From a virus, in IMG/VR virus record IMGVR_UViG_3300031857_000018, positions 1-64,000 of that record: DNA of 64,000 nt. One strand, given 5' to 3'. The translations under genes were made by a program, and so were the position numbers. This document shows positions 28,459 through 37,263 of this stretch, piece by piece (within the stretch, counting starts at the first letter, position 1; every line of letters starts with the position of its first letter). A model generated the notes under the pieces. That model ran no database searches and had not been told where the DNA came from. It worked only from the letters and a program-made list of their open reading frames with translations.

Positions 28459-28501
28459 AATGATCCTTTATAACCTTTAATATAAATATGTAAGAACACA
28501 G

Positions 28502-28525
28502 AAAATGGGAGCCGAAACTCCCATT
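28502..28525 (-). terminator. intrinsic terminator with UUCG loop after tail tube
   Basis: AATGGGAGT-TTCG-GCTCCCATTTT. Confidence 0.8.
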
Positions 28526-28544
28526 CTAGATACTAGTGTGTTTA

Positions 28545-29075
28545 TTAGAATTCTAATCTTGCCCAATCGTAGCGAAGAGTCAATTCAATGTTAACTACAT
28601 CTTCTGTTGACCAATCCAATGAACCAAAGTTTGCATCAACGATGTATGTACCATTCAATGTCCATTCTTCAATCACTTCACCTAATGGCGACAATGATTT
28701 TAATCGAACTTCTTTTTTGTAGTATGATGAATATCCGTCGCGTCCTGTTGCAGATTCGTGGTGTAAGCGTACCCATTCCATTACTGCTTGTGCTCCCGAC
28801 GGAACAATTGCATCATACAATGTCACTGAAATTGTGTTCCAAACCGTTTTACCTTTAACGTAACGCTGAACATTGATATGATCCAATGTGATTTCACCGT
28901 TTGCTACAGATGGTTTTGATGATGCTTTAATTAAATATGCAGGTATGCCATCTACTGACATAATAAATTGATGCGCTTTTTTTGGTTCCCAAGAATATGC
29001 ATTGTAATAAAAATTATCCGGTTGGTCGCCAGCATAATCCGTTAGATTATTATTCACTTGATCTTGTAGTGCCAT
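28545..29075 (-). CDS. tail tube protein (gp19-like)
   Basis: WEPKKAHQF, GKTVWNTISVTLYD, VMEW, EEWTLNG, FGSLDW, LRYD. Confidence 0.9.
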   Translation of the reverse strand: MALQDQVNNNLTDYAGDQPDNFYYNAYSWEPKKAHQFIMSVDGIPAYLIKASSKPSVANGEITLDHINVQRYVKGKTVWNTISVTLYDAIVPSGAQAVMEWVRLHHESATGRDGYSSYYKKEVRLKSLSPLGEVIEEWTLNGTYIVDANFGSLDWSTEDVVNIELTLRYDWARLEF

Positions 29076-29114
29076 TTTTTATCCTTGTTATTTTTATATA
29101 AATATCAACAAAGT

Positions 29115-29143
29115 AAAAAAGGCAGAACCGAAGTCCTGCCTTT
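29115..29143 (-). terminator. intrinsic terminator with C(UUCG)G loop after sheath
   Basis: AAAGGCAGGAC-TTCG-GTTCTGCC-TTTTTT. Confidence 0.85.
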
Positions 29144-29165
29144 CCTAGAATTTTATTTTGAATTA

Positions 29166-31628
29166 CTATTCAGGGAATGCTGCTCCCGTTGGTTGAATAT
29201 TGAAATCAAGAATAATAAATTCTGCTGTGCGAGTTGGCTGAAGGAAAATTTGTCCGTAAAGGATGTTTCGGTCAATCAAATCTGGAGTGTTATTTGTTGA
29301 ATCCATTACTACACGGAATGCAGATAAACCTTGCTGTGCGCGCACTTGCTCTAGGTATGGATTAACAATTGATAAGAATCTGTCACGCGTCTGAGACGTG
29401 TTTTGCTCGAATACTAGGTAACGTGTTGCAGAAGCAATAAACTTCTTAACCGTGATAAGTAAACGACGCACATTGACGCGGTCTAATGCACTTGGTCGAG
29501 CCTGCAATGTCTTTTGCCCCCAAATTACTATTCCATCGTTAGGGAAGTTGGCAATAGGGTTAATACGAGCATCATACAATGTATTACGATCTGCTTGTGA
29601 AAGAGTTTGATATGTATCAGAAACTGATGTTAATCCGCCTCGATTCAATCCTGCAGGTGCATACCATGGTGCCGCCACTGTATCATTGAATGACAATGCT
29701 CCTGGCACTACAACACTTGGTGGAACCCATAATGGAACATTTTTTGCTGGATTCACAATACGAACCCATGGCCAATATGTTGCTGTGTAATTGTTATCAA
29801 GTGTAGTAACATCACTAACAACTGTGGAAATACTATCCGACAATGCATTTGAATCCATCACATAGAATGTATCTTGACGAGATGTTACCAAGTTTCTTGC
29901 CAATGTTGTTACAGCGCTATGTTTGCTTTGCAAGATACCTGGAGTCAATAACATGTTTATGTCATAGTAATCTGTGTTTGATAACAATGTGAATGCTTTG
30001 TTATATGCTTTTGTTCCTGTGGATGTAGATGTGCTACAATCAAACCCAAATGTGTTTGTAGACGCAATATTACCTCCAGAATATTTAGGTAAGTTTGGAC
30101 GAGCTCCATCAAATCCACCTTGGAATGGTACCATGAACTTTCTGGTTGTGCTAGCTACATTCGATGTGAAGTAAGTTGTACCAGTTGTCAATGCAGTTTC
30201 TAAAGATCCAGTATATGGAGCAGATAATGACGGGAATGCTGCTTGTGCATCTTGTGTGACATTACCTAGATAGAAATCTGCGTTGCTACCTGTGTTTGAA
30301 CCCGATGATGGTAATGGTGCTAAATAGTTCAAGTTGTTTGTTGCAGTAAAATCAAATCCTAAATAGTTGTTTGAACTAAAGTTACTTGATACTACTTGTG
30401 ATGTGTTATAAGACACAGCCGATAAATTCAATGAACCAGATACTAATGGCATAGGTGCATTAGGTGCACGGAATCCAAATGGAATCAAAGTTCGTTCATT
30501 GGTTTTATTTGCAACACCATCTGTCACTTCGATACGAATATAGCTTGAAAGATTTGGATAATCACCATTAACAAGAATATTACCAGCATCAGTTACTGTT
30601 TGATAACGATTACCAATTTTTCTTGCAATATAGTTTTGGGAATCTGGATCTAGATTACAATTTAAATATGTTTCAACGATATCCGGTGTCTGATCAGTAT
30701 CAGTAGATGCATATGGAGATGTTGGAATGTTTGATGTATTAACACGACGAACTTCTACTGTGAATGAACCATATCCGTTTGGATCTGATACTTCTGCTGC
30801 AGTTTTAATGTCGCGAATACCGACTTTAACTTCATAGTTAACTGCTGTACCATGACTCAATGTATGGAACTTGAACAAGTTCTTAACAGTGCTACCAATT
30901 TTTTGCGATGTAATCCACGGTGTTCCTGCTGTTGAATAATCATTCAAGAAATAGTAATTATTTATTAAACCTAATTCAACAGTAACTGCACCTAGATTAT
31001 TAAACAAGCTTGTTGCATTTTGATTTTCATATTGCACATAAACCGGATAATCCAAAGATTTTGGAGAATTACCAAATATCTTGGTTACATAGTTATTTTT
31101 GCTTGAATCAATCGATGCTGAAATTGCTGATCCGGTTGCAGTTAAGAATGAACTAAATCCTGGTACCAATGTAATACCATATGATCCAGACACATTAATA
31201 ACAAAACTACCTGATGGGCCGCTGTTAATAACGGAATCAGCAAATACATTTGTTGTGGAATCAACATATGTTACTGGTTGGGTTGGGTGCAACAAGTGTG
31301 TTACTACTTGCACTGATGCTGATTTTGCGATAACGGCTAATGCACCGTTTCTTAATCCGTAACCATCTTCATATAAAAGACGAGTTACAGTCATTGAATT
31401 TCCGTTTCTTAGATATTCTTCAACTGTGAAAGGTACATATGAATCATCTGTATATGATCCGAACAATTGTTGAAATTCTGAGAAAGATGAAATTTGTGTC
31501 GGTACTAATGCAGGACCTTTTACTGTTGGTCCAACAATTGCAGCACCGATTTGACCGATTGCTCTAGGTAAAAACGACTGATCTACTTCATTCGTAAATA
31601 CCCCAGCTGATACAATTCTTTCTGCCAT
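29166..31628 (-). CDS. tail sheath protein (gp18-like)
   Basis: SAGVFTNEVD, YWPWV, WYAPAGLNRG, WGQKTLQ, RVNVRRL, FEQN, AEFIILDF. Confidence 0.96.
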   Translation of the reverse strand: MAERIVSAGVFTNEVDQSFLPRAIGQIGAAIVGPTVKGPALVPTQISSFSEFQQLFGSYTDDSYVPFTVEEYLRNGNSMTVTRLLYEDGYGLRNGALAVIAKSASVQVVTHLLHPTQPVTYVDSTTNVFADSVINSGPSGSFVINVSGSYGITLVPGFSSFLTATGSAISASIDSSKNNYVTKIFGNSPKSLDYPVYVQYENQNATSLFNNLGAVTVELGLINNYYFLNDYSTAGTPWITSQKIGSTVKNLFKFHTLSHGTAVNYEVKVGIRDIKTAAEVSDPNGYGSFTVEVRRVNTSNIPTSPYASTDTDQTPDIVETYLNCNLDPDSQNYIARKIGNRYQTVTDAGNILVNGDYPNLSSYIRIEVTDGVANKTNERTLIPFGFRAPNAPMPLVSGSLNLSAVSYNTSQVVSSNFSSNNYLGFDFTATNNLNYLAPLPSSGSNTGSNADFYLGNVTQDAQAAFPSLSAPYTGSLETALTTGTTYFTSNVASTTRKFMVPFQGGFDGARPNLPKYSGGNIASTNTFGFDCSTSTSTGTKAYNKAFTLLSNTDYYDINMLLTPGILQSKHSAVTTLARNLVTSRQDTFYVMDSNALSDSISTVVSDVTTLDNNYTATYWPWVRIVNPAKNVPLWVPPSVVVPGALSFNDTVAAPWYAPAGLNRGGLTSVSDTYQTLSQADRNTLYDARINPIANFPNDGIVIWGQKTLQARPSALDRVNVRRLLITVKKFIASATRYLVFEQNTSQTRDRFLSIVNPYLEQVRAQQGLSAFRVVMDSTNNTPDLIDRNILYGQIFLQPTRTAEFIILDFNIQPTGAAFPE

Positions 31629-31682
31629 TAAATTACTCCTTTGATTTGTTTAATATAAATATGGTAAGCTCTGTGCTGACCA

Positions 31683-31952
31683 TTACTCGGTTGGAGTAAA
31701 TGTACCTTGAGCGATATTGATTTCTCCATCGCCGTAACGTTCTTTAAGCGTTGCAATAAGTTGCTGTTCATCTTCTCGAAGCGAATCAAATTGTTGCATT
31801 AATTCTTCTTGTTGTGATTCTAATTGGGCTTGTTGGCGTTCAATCATTTTTAAATCGATTGCAACACTACCAAGCCATGATGCATTCTGCGCAAAACGAT
31901 TTTGTAGATCCTGTATTGCGTCTAGATGTTCTTTGTCTAATTTTTTTGTCAT
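31683..31952 (-). CDS. small coiled-coil hypothetical protein
   Basis: 89-aa heptad-rich ORF ending LKERYGDGEINIAQGTFTP. Confidence 0.7.
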   Translation of the reverse strand: MTKKLDKEHLDAIQDLQNRFAQNASWLGSVAIDLKMIERQQAQLESQQEELMQQFDSLREDEQQLIATLKERYGDGEINIAQGTFTPTE

Positions 31953-31994
31953 TGGTAACCTTTTCTAGATATAATAAGAAGAATTATGTTAAAA

Positions 31995-32309
31995 TCAAAC
32001 CAAATCAATAGTTACGTTGTATCCTAATGACTCATACCAAGTTTTTGCTAGTTCGTGGGCTGCTGTTAAACCTTGAGACTGAGTTTGTGGATCAATGTCA
32101 CCGTTAAGATTTTCGGTAGGTAAATCAGTTGGTACAGAGTTTCCTGCTATGAAGCTGGCGTGATCAGCGTAAGTGTAGAATGCAATTTCAATTGTTGTAC
32201 CATTTGGTCTGCATCCAATTTCTAAACGGTTGTATACGCTTTCGAGTTCGATTTGTGTACCTTGCACATGAATCTTTTTTTCGGTGGTTGGTGTAATGAT
32301 TAAAGCCAT
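31995..32309 (-). CDS. hypothetical protein (tail fibre associated)
   Basis: start placed at MALIITP (32309), downstream of a late-type motif at 32337-32345. Confidence 0.65.
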   Translation of the reverse strand: MALIITPTTEKKIHVQGTQIELESVYNRLEIGCRPNGTTIEIAFYTYADHASFIAGNSVPTDLPTENLNGDIDPQTQSQGLTAAHELAKTWYESLGYNVTIDLV

Positions 32310-32346
32310 GATTTTATTTCTACAATAATTGTTTCTAATAAATATG

Positions 32347-34872
32347 TTAAGACAATGATCCAGATCTCCAGGCTCCACCTAACCAAACATATATTTTATA
32401 ATTTCCGCCGGCTTGCCCAAATATGATTTGTCCATCTGTACCAGGACTTGTAGGTGCGCCTGACGCAGTAGGGGTCAAAATAAGTGAGCCAGAAATTGTA
32501 ACACTTCCTGATGCTGCTACTAGTAGATTATGACGTGTTGAATCATCAACACCATCTCCTACAATGAATGCACTAGGTTGAGATATAGGTTGATTCCATT
32601 GGCCAACTACGGATTGATAGTATCCTAATGCACGATTGTTATTACCAGCCGCATGCGAAAATTCGCCAAGTGCTTGCGTTTCTAAACCTTCTGCGTGAGA
32701 ATAACCCCCAATTGACACGTTAGCTGCTGTTGGTGCTACTACTCCGTAAATTCCAATACGAGCTTTGTTGCTAGCAGTATTAACGCTAGTGTCAACTAAT
32801 GTTATTTCTGTAGCAGGCGTACCATTGAATGCCGATGATGAAATTTCATAGATATATGTTGTTTTAACCCCAGGTACAATTTCTCCGTTGTAGTCATCAA
32901 CTATTACAAACCCGCCAGCAACAAATTGTGCAGTTTGGTCTCCATATATTGCATCTAGTTCAATAACACCGGATGTGATTGGGATTGCCATGGCAAATCC
33001 TAACACACCAGCTATTCCTGAGCCTTCTGCGTGGGAGTAGTTACCATATGCATAGCCACCACCTTCTGCGTGAGAAGTACCACCAAACGCCTGTCCGTCG
33101 CCTTCTGCGTGGGAGTAGTTACCATATGCATAGCCACCACCTTCTGCGTGAGAGTAGTTACCATATGCATAGCCACTGCCTTCTGCATGAGCGCTGAATC
33201 CTATTGCGAAGGTGCCATTTCCTTCGGCATGAGCTGACCAGCCGCCCCAGTACTGGTCTCCCGTATTAGAACCAAAATTAGATATACTTCCAATAGATGC
33301 AGAAGTGGTTGATGTACCGGTCTCGACTAAGTTGATTGTGGTATTTGTTCCATTGAAAGAACTTGATAGTATTATTTGACTAGTAAATGTAAAAGAATTA
33401 TCATAAGCAGAATCATCTATACCTAACGTGGTACCTGCTGTAAAAAGACCGGTACCCGTTCCCGTTAAGTCTCCGTATGATGCATTTACCACAATCACTC
33501 CAGATGTTGGCATAGTTGCTAGATAACCATACTGACTACCTGCTGCTGTACTATTACCTTCAGCGTGAGAGGCCTGGCCGTTGGATGTTGTATTAGTGCC
33601 TTCTACGTGTGATGCATATCCATTAGCTGTTGTGTAATATCCCTCTGCATGAGAGAATTGTCCGGTTGCCGTTGTAGTATTACCTTCAGCATGTGAATTG
33701 GATCCGCTCGCCGTTGCATAAAATCCTTCAGCGTGAGAGGCCTGGCCGTTGGATGTTGTGCCCTCGCCTTCAGCGTGTGATGCATATCCAGCTGCTGTTG
33801 TATCCACGCCTTCAGCGTGAGAATAGATTCCGTTGGCTGTAGTAGTTCGTCCTTCAGCATGTGAAAAACTTCCGCTAGATATCGTTAAGTAGCCTTCCGC
33901 ATGTGATCCATCACCCTTTGCTTGAGTTTCACGTCCTTCGGCGTGTGAGTATTGTCCAAAGGTTTTTGCATTTCTACCTTCCGCGTGTGAATATGTACCG
34001 TTTGCTTGTGTACCGTCTCCTTCGGCGTGTGAATATCTTGCAAATGTTTGTGTTTGGGATCCTTCCGCATGCGACCAATCTGCTACTGCGGTTGTGTAGA
34101 ATCCTTCGGCATGACCCCCATCAGCCGATGATGGTTGATTGCCTCCCCAGCTGGTATATAGGTAATCTAAACTTCCAACAACAAAGTTACTGTCAGTGAT
34201 ACCAGTGTTAGTTAAGGTTATGGTTGTATTTACTCCTCCAAAAACTGAAGTATCAACTACAAATGTAGTATTGTCTGGATATGCAGCACTGTTATAGTAT
34301 AACCTATTACCTGGAGCAAAGACAGCCGTTACATCACCAGCTAATTGAAATACACCGGAAGTGATTGTGTTAGATTTTACCCCGTACAACGTAGATGTAC
34401 TAGTAAATGAGCCAGAACCTTCTGCATGTGATCCAAATCCTGATGCATTGGTACTAGATCCCTCTGCATGGGAGTATGCACCGTTTGCACTCACAGCTAA
34501 TCCTTGTGCATGAGAATATGAACCATTAGCTGCTCCTCCTGGTGATTGTTGTATTCTACCAATACCAGCACCAGATCCTGTAAATGTTAGGATACCATTG
34601 GTTAAAGTCAGTACTGTCGAATCAAATGTTAAATTAGTTTCAGCATATATATCTGTTCCTCCAGTAGCTGTCAGCACTCGGTTGTTGCTGTTGTTTGTTA
34701 CTGCGTTGGCAATCCCTAACGCTTGGAGTGCAGTTGTTGCGTATGATGCCGATTCGGCATATGCTGCTGTACCTTGCAAAGATCCGGTTATGCCCCCAGT
34801 TACGTTGAGTGATCCGGTGACTTCACTGTTACCTTGTGAACGGAAGCCGTTCTTGATTATAAATTCATTCAT
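32347..34872 (-). CDS. tail fibre with ~25 SHAEG (YadA-head-like beta-roll) repeats
   Basis: 13-14-aa repeats xSHAEGxxTxAxG in four blocks. Confidence 0.85.
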   Translation of the reverse strand: MNEFIIKNGFRSQGNSEVTGSLNVTGGITGSLQGTAAYAESASYATTALQALGIANAVTNNSNNRVLTATGGTDIYAETNLTFDSTVLTLTNGILTFTGSGAGIGRIQQSPGGAANGSYSHAQGLAVSANGAYSHAEGSSTNASGFGSHAEGSGSFTSTSTLYGVKSNTITSGVFQLAGDVTAVFAPGNRLYYNSAAYPDNTTFVVDTSVFGGVNTTITLTNTGITDSNFVVGSLDYLYTSWGGNQPSSADGGHAEGFYTTAVADWSHAEGSQTQTFARYSHAEGDGTQANGTYSHAEGRNAKTFGQYSHAEGRETQAKGDGSHAEGYLTISSGSFSHAEGRTTTANGIYSHAEGVDTTAAGYASHAEGEGTTSNGQASHAEGFYATASGSNSHAEGNTTTATGQFSHAEGYYTTANGYASHVEGTNTTSNGQASHAEGNSTAAGSQYGYLATMPTSGVIVVNASYGDLTGTGTGLFTAGTTLGIDDSAYDNSFTFTSQIILSSSFNGTNTTINLVETGTSTTSASIGSISNFGSNTGDQYWGGWSAHAEGNGTFAIGFSAHAEGSGYAYGNYSHAEGGGYAYGNYSHAEGDGQAFGGTSHAEGGGYAYGNYSHAEGSGIAGVLGFAMAIPITSGVIELDAIYGDQTAQFVAGGFVIVDDYNGEIVPGVKTTYIYEISSSAFNGTPATEITLVDTSVNTASNKARIGIYGVVAPTAANVSIGGYSHAEGLETQALGEFSHAAGNNNRALGYYQSVVGQWNQPISQPSAFIVGDGVDDSTRHNLLVAASGSVTISGSLILTPTASGAPTSPGTDGQIIFGQAGGNYKIYVWLGGAWRSGSLS
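33023..33190. repeat. 39-bp tandem coding repeat (SHAEGGGYAYGNY), ~4.3 units
   Basis: units begin at 33023, 33062, 33101, 33140, 33179; three are nearly identical at DNA level. Confidence 0.9.
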
Positions 34873-34925
34873 ATGTTAAATCTTTTCACTGTCCAAGATT
34901 AATACTAGCTTTATTATAAATATGG

Positions 34926-35606
34926 TTAAAGACCGAAACGTGCTCTAGTTGCGTTGAAGTTTTGAAGTATTTCTTGGTCAGATAATGCTCTATTGTACAT
35001 ATGTGTAAATGAAATATTCCCTTTAAATACACTTGGCCCAACAGTGAATTCTCTACCTAGAGCAAGAGTAGATGTACTTAAAGCAGTTGCTGGCACAGTG
35101 CCTGATGTTGTGTTGATTATTCCGTCTCCAAAAACAGTATGTGTAGTTCCTAGTCTTCTAAATACTATATAATGCCATTGATTATCTGTTAAGGTAATAA
35201 ATCTTCCATATGGTGCTGTAGGTTCACAAATACCTCCACCCCAACTATTTGCCAATGTAGTATTTCTTCCTATCCAAAAACCGCTAGTATAGTTTTTATC
35301 TAATACTCGTTGGTATCCACTCACATTTGTAGATTTAAACCATACCCCAACAGTAAAATCAGTTAATGCAGTGTTATAATTTGTTGAAACATAATCATCA
35401 ACTCCATCAAATACAATTGTACCACCGTTTGCAGAATCATATGTTGGTCCATTTGTTAAAGTACCAATATGCCCATTTCCTGAGGTGTCTTTCCAAGTTG
35501 CACCAGCTGTTGGGGGATAAAATGAGTTAGGTGAACCAGCATCTAAATAAAATACTAATCCGTCTTTAACTATGTTAGGTCCTCTCCAATTTCCAACTGT
35601 ACTCAT
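34926..35606 (-). CDS. LamG/concanavalin A-like lectin domain protein
   Basis: DGLVFYLDAG, FDGVDDY, WHYI, YNRALSDQEI. Confidence 0.85.
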   Translation of the reverse strand: MSTVGNWRGPNIVKDGLVFYLDAGSPNSFYPPTAGATWKDTSGNGHIGTLTNGPTYDSANGGTIVFDGVDDYVSTNYNTALTDFTVGVWFKSTNVSGYQRVLDKNYTSGFWIGRNTTLANSWGGGICEPTAPYGRFITLTDNQWHYIVFRRLGTTHTVFGDGIINTTSGTVPATALSTSTLALGREFTVGPSVFKGNISFTHMYNRALSDQEILQNFNATRARFGL

Positions 35607-35875
35607 GGCATCTCGTTACTTGTCCATTCCAGTGTAGATAGTATTTCTAGAATTTCTGTGTAAGTGTATGGACCTTGCTTTGTAGTTAAATCTGCAACAC
35701 ATTGTGGTGTTGTACCTTCCCATTTTACAAATGTAAGGGTACCATCAATAGAGCATCTAACAGTTTCTGCCGATGTTTCTAGTACTTGTGTGAAATCAAT
35801 GTTGTCTAATTCAGACACACTGAATATCATGAATTCTCTGTTTTCGTAGTCTTGTGTTTCCATGTTAATATCCAT
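35603..35875 (-). CDS. hypothetical protein
   Basis: 90-aa ORF overlapping both LamG neighbours. Confidence 0.7.
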   Translation of the reverse strand: MDINMETQDYENREFMIFSVSELDNIDFTQVLETSAETVRCSIDGTLTFVKWEGTTPQCVADLTTKQGPYTYTEILEILSTLEWTSNEMP

Positions 35876-36573
35876 TACATTTCAAATCTGGTTTTGTATG
35901 CATTGTATGTTTGCAATATTTCATCACTACTTAGTTCTCTGTTGTAGATCAAATGAATGCCAATTGAAACTGCATTAAACCGGCCGGCGACACCAGAATC
36001 GCTAGCTAACCAGTTGCCTTGAGACGAGTTAGTGTCAGTTCTGGTTATGGCGGTAGTTGATGTGCCTATCAATGCTCCATTCAAGTATCTTTTGTGAGAA
36101 TTTGTACCGTTGGTGGTTAATGCATAAAAGTTGTAGTTCGTAATATTTGACGGAGTTACTGAGCCGATATCGGTATAGCCGCCTGTGCTGCCAATTACAT
36201 AAAAAGTTACAGATGTAACACTTGGGTAGTTGTTATGTATAATGTATCCGTTGTTTACACGAGCAGAACCTAGTCCTGCGTACTGGTTCCATGTTGCATT
36301 GGTAGATTTGGCTATTGTTATTACTGTTAACTTTTGCGTAAACCCACTACTAATTGAGTTCAAGCAGTAATCATCTACCCCATCGAACCGCAATATCCCT
36401 CCGTTGGTGTTATTAAACGTAGGCGAATTGAGCAATGTGCCATTATTCTGCTTGCCGCTTAAATCTCGCCATATAGTTCCGGTACCTGGGTATGAGTCTC
36501 GTTTGCCGGCATCTAGTCGCAAGACAGCACCATCTTGTACACTTTGACCGTAGTATGCCACTCTTCCTGCCAT
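35875..36573 (-). CDS. LamG/concanavalin A-like lectin domain protein
   Basis: DGAVLRLDAG, FDGVDDY, YLNG, YNRELS. Confidence 0.85.
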   Translation of the reverse strand: MAGRVAYYGQSVQDGAVLRLDAGKRDSYPGTGTIWRDLSGKQNNGTLLNSPTFNNTNGGILRFDGVDDYCLNSISSGFTQKLTVITIAKSTNATWNQYAGLGSARVNNGYIIHNNYPSVTSVTFYVIGSTGGYTDIGSVTPSNITNYNFYALTTNGTNSHKRYLNGALIGTSTTAITRTDTNSSQGNWLASDSGVAGRFNAVSIGIHLIYNRELSSDEILQTYNAYKTRFEM

Positions 36574-37259
36574 TATAGTCCAAATCTAGTTTTAGTTGCG
36601 TTGTAGTTTTGTAAGACTTCTGTTGCTGTAAGAGCGCGATTATAAATTAATGTTGTTGATATATTACCATTATGATATCCTCCAGCTGAAACTTGGCCTC
36701 CTAATCTTACGGGTTGAGATGTATTTGATGTATTCATAGTGCCTGTTTTTGAGGTTGAATTATGAAATACTCCATTAACATAAAAAATTTGGGAAATTCC
36801 ATCATATACGCCTGTAAAATTATACCAGGTATTTAATAATACTGGTGAAAATGGGACTGCAGAAGCGAAGGAATTTGTTAAAAGATACCACTGTATTGTA
36901 TTAGAATCAGTAATGTAAAAAATCCATCTATCAGTTGCACCATTTTGATGCCAATCAGATAATGCTCTTACGTTTGCAACCATGGCATTGAATCGGATCC
37001 AAGTCGAAACAGTAATTGATGTTGTTGGTTTTAAATTTAAACTTCCACCTAAATCAACGTAATCATTTGTTCCATCAAAAACAATTGACCCACCATGTGC
37101 ACTTGAAAATGTAGGACCATTTACCAATGTTCCGTTATTTCCACCACGTGATAAATCTACCCATGAAGTTGACCCAGACGTATATGAACGTGGATTTGCT
37201 GCATCTAAATACAGTATCAATCCATCTGTTACTATTTTCGGTGAATAATTAAACGCCAT
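36573..37259 (-). CDS. LamG/concanavalin A-like lectin domain protein
   Basis: DGLILYLDAA, FDGTNDY, WYNFTGVYDG, YVNG, YNRALT. Confidence 0.88.
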   Translation of the reverse strand: MAFNYSPKIVTDGLILYLDAANPRSYTSGSTSWVDLSRGGNNGTLVNGPTFSSAHGGSIVFDGTNDYVDLGGSLNLKPTTSITVSTWIRFNAMVANVRALSDWHQNGATDRWIFYITDSNTIQWYLLTNSFASAVPFSPVLLNTWYNFTGVYDGISQIFYVNGVFHNSTSKTGTMNTSNTSQPVRLGGQVSAGGYHNGNISTTLIYNRALTATEVLQNYNATKTRFGL

Positions 37260-37263
37260 AACC

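Noticed and set aside
33023-33190. 39-bp repeats as a possible CRISPR array
   Set aside because: Units are contiguous with no unique spacers, are a multiple of 3, and encode fibre repeats; no cas genes are present.
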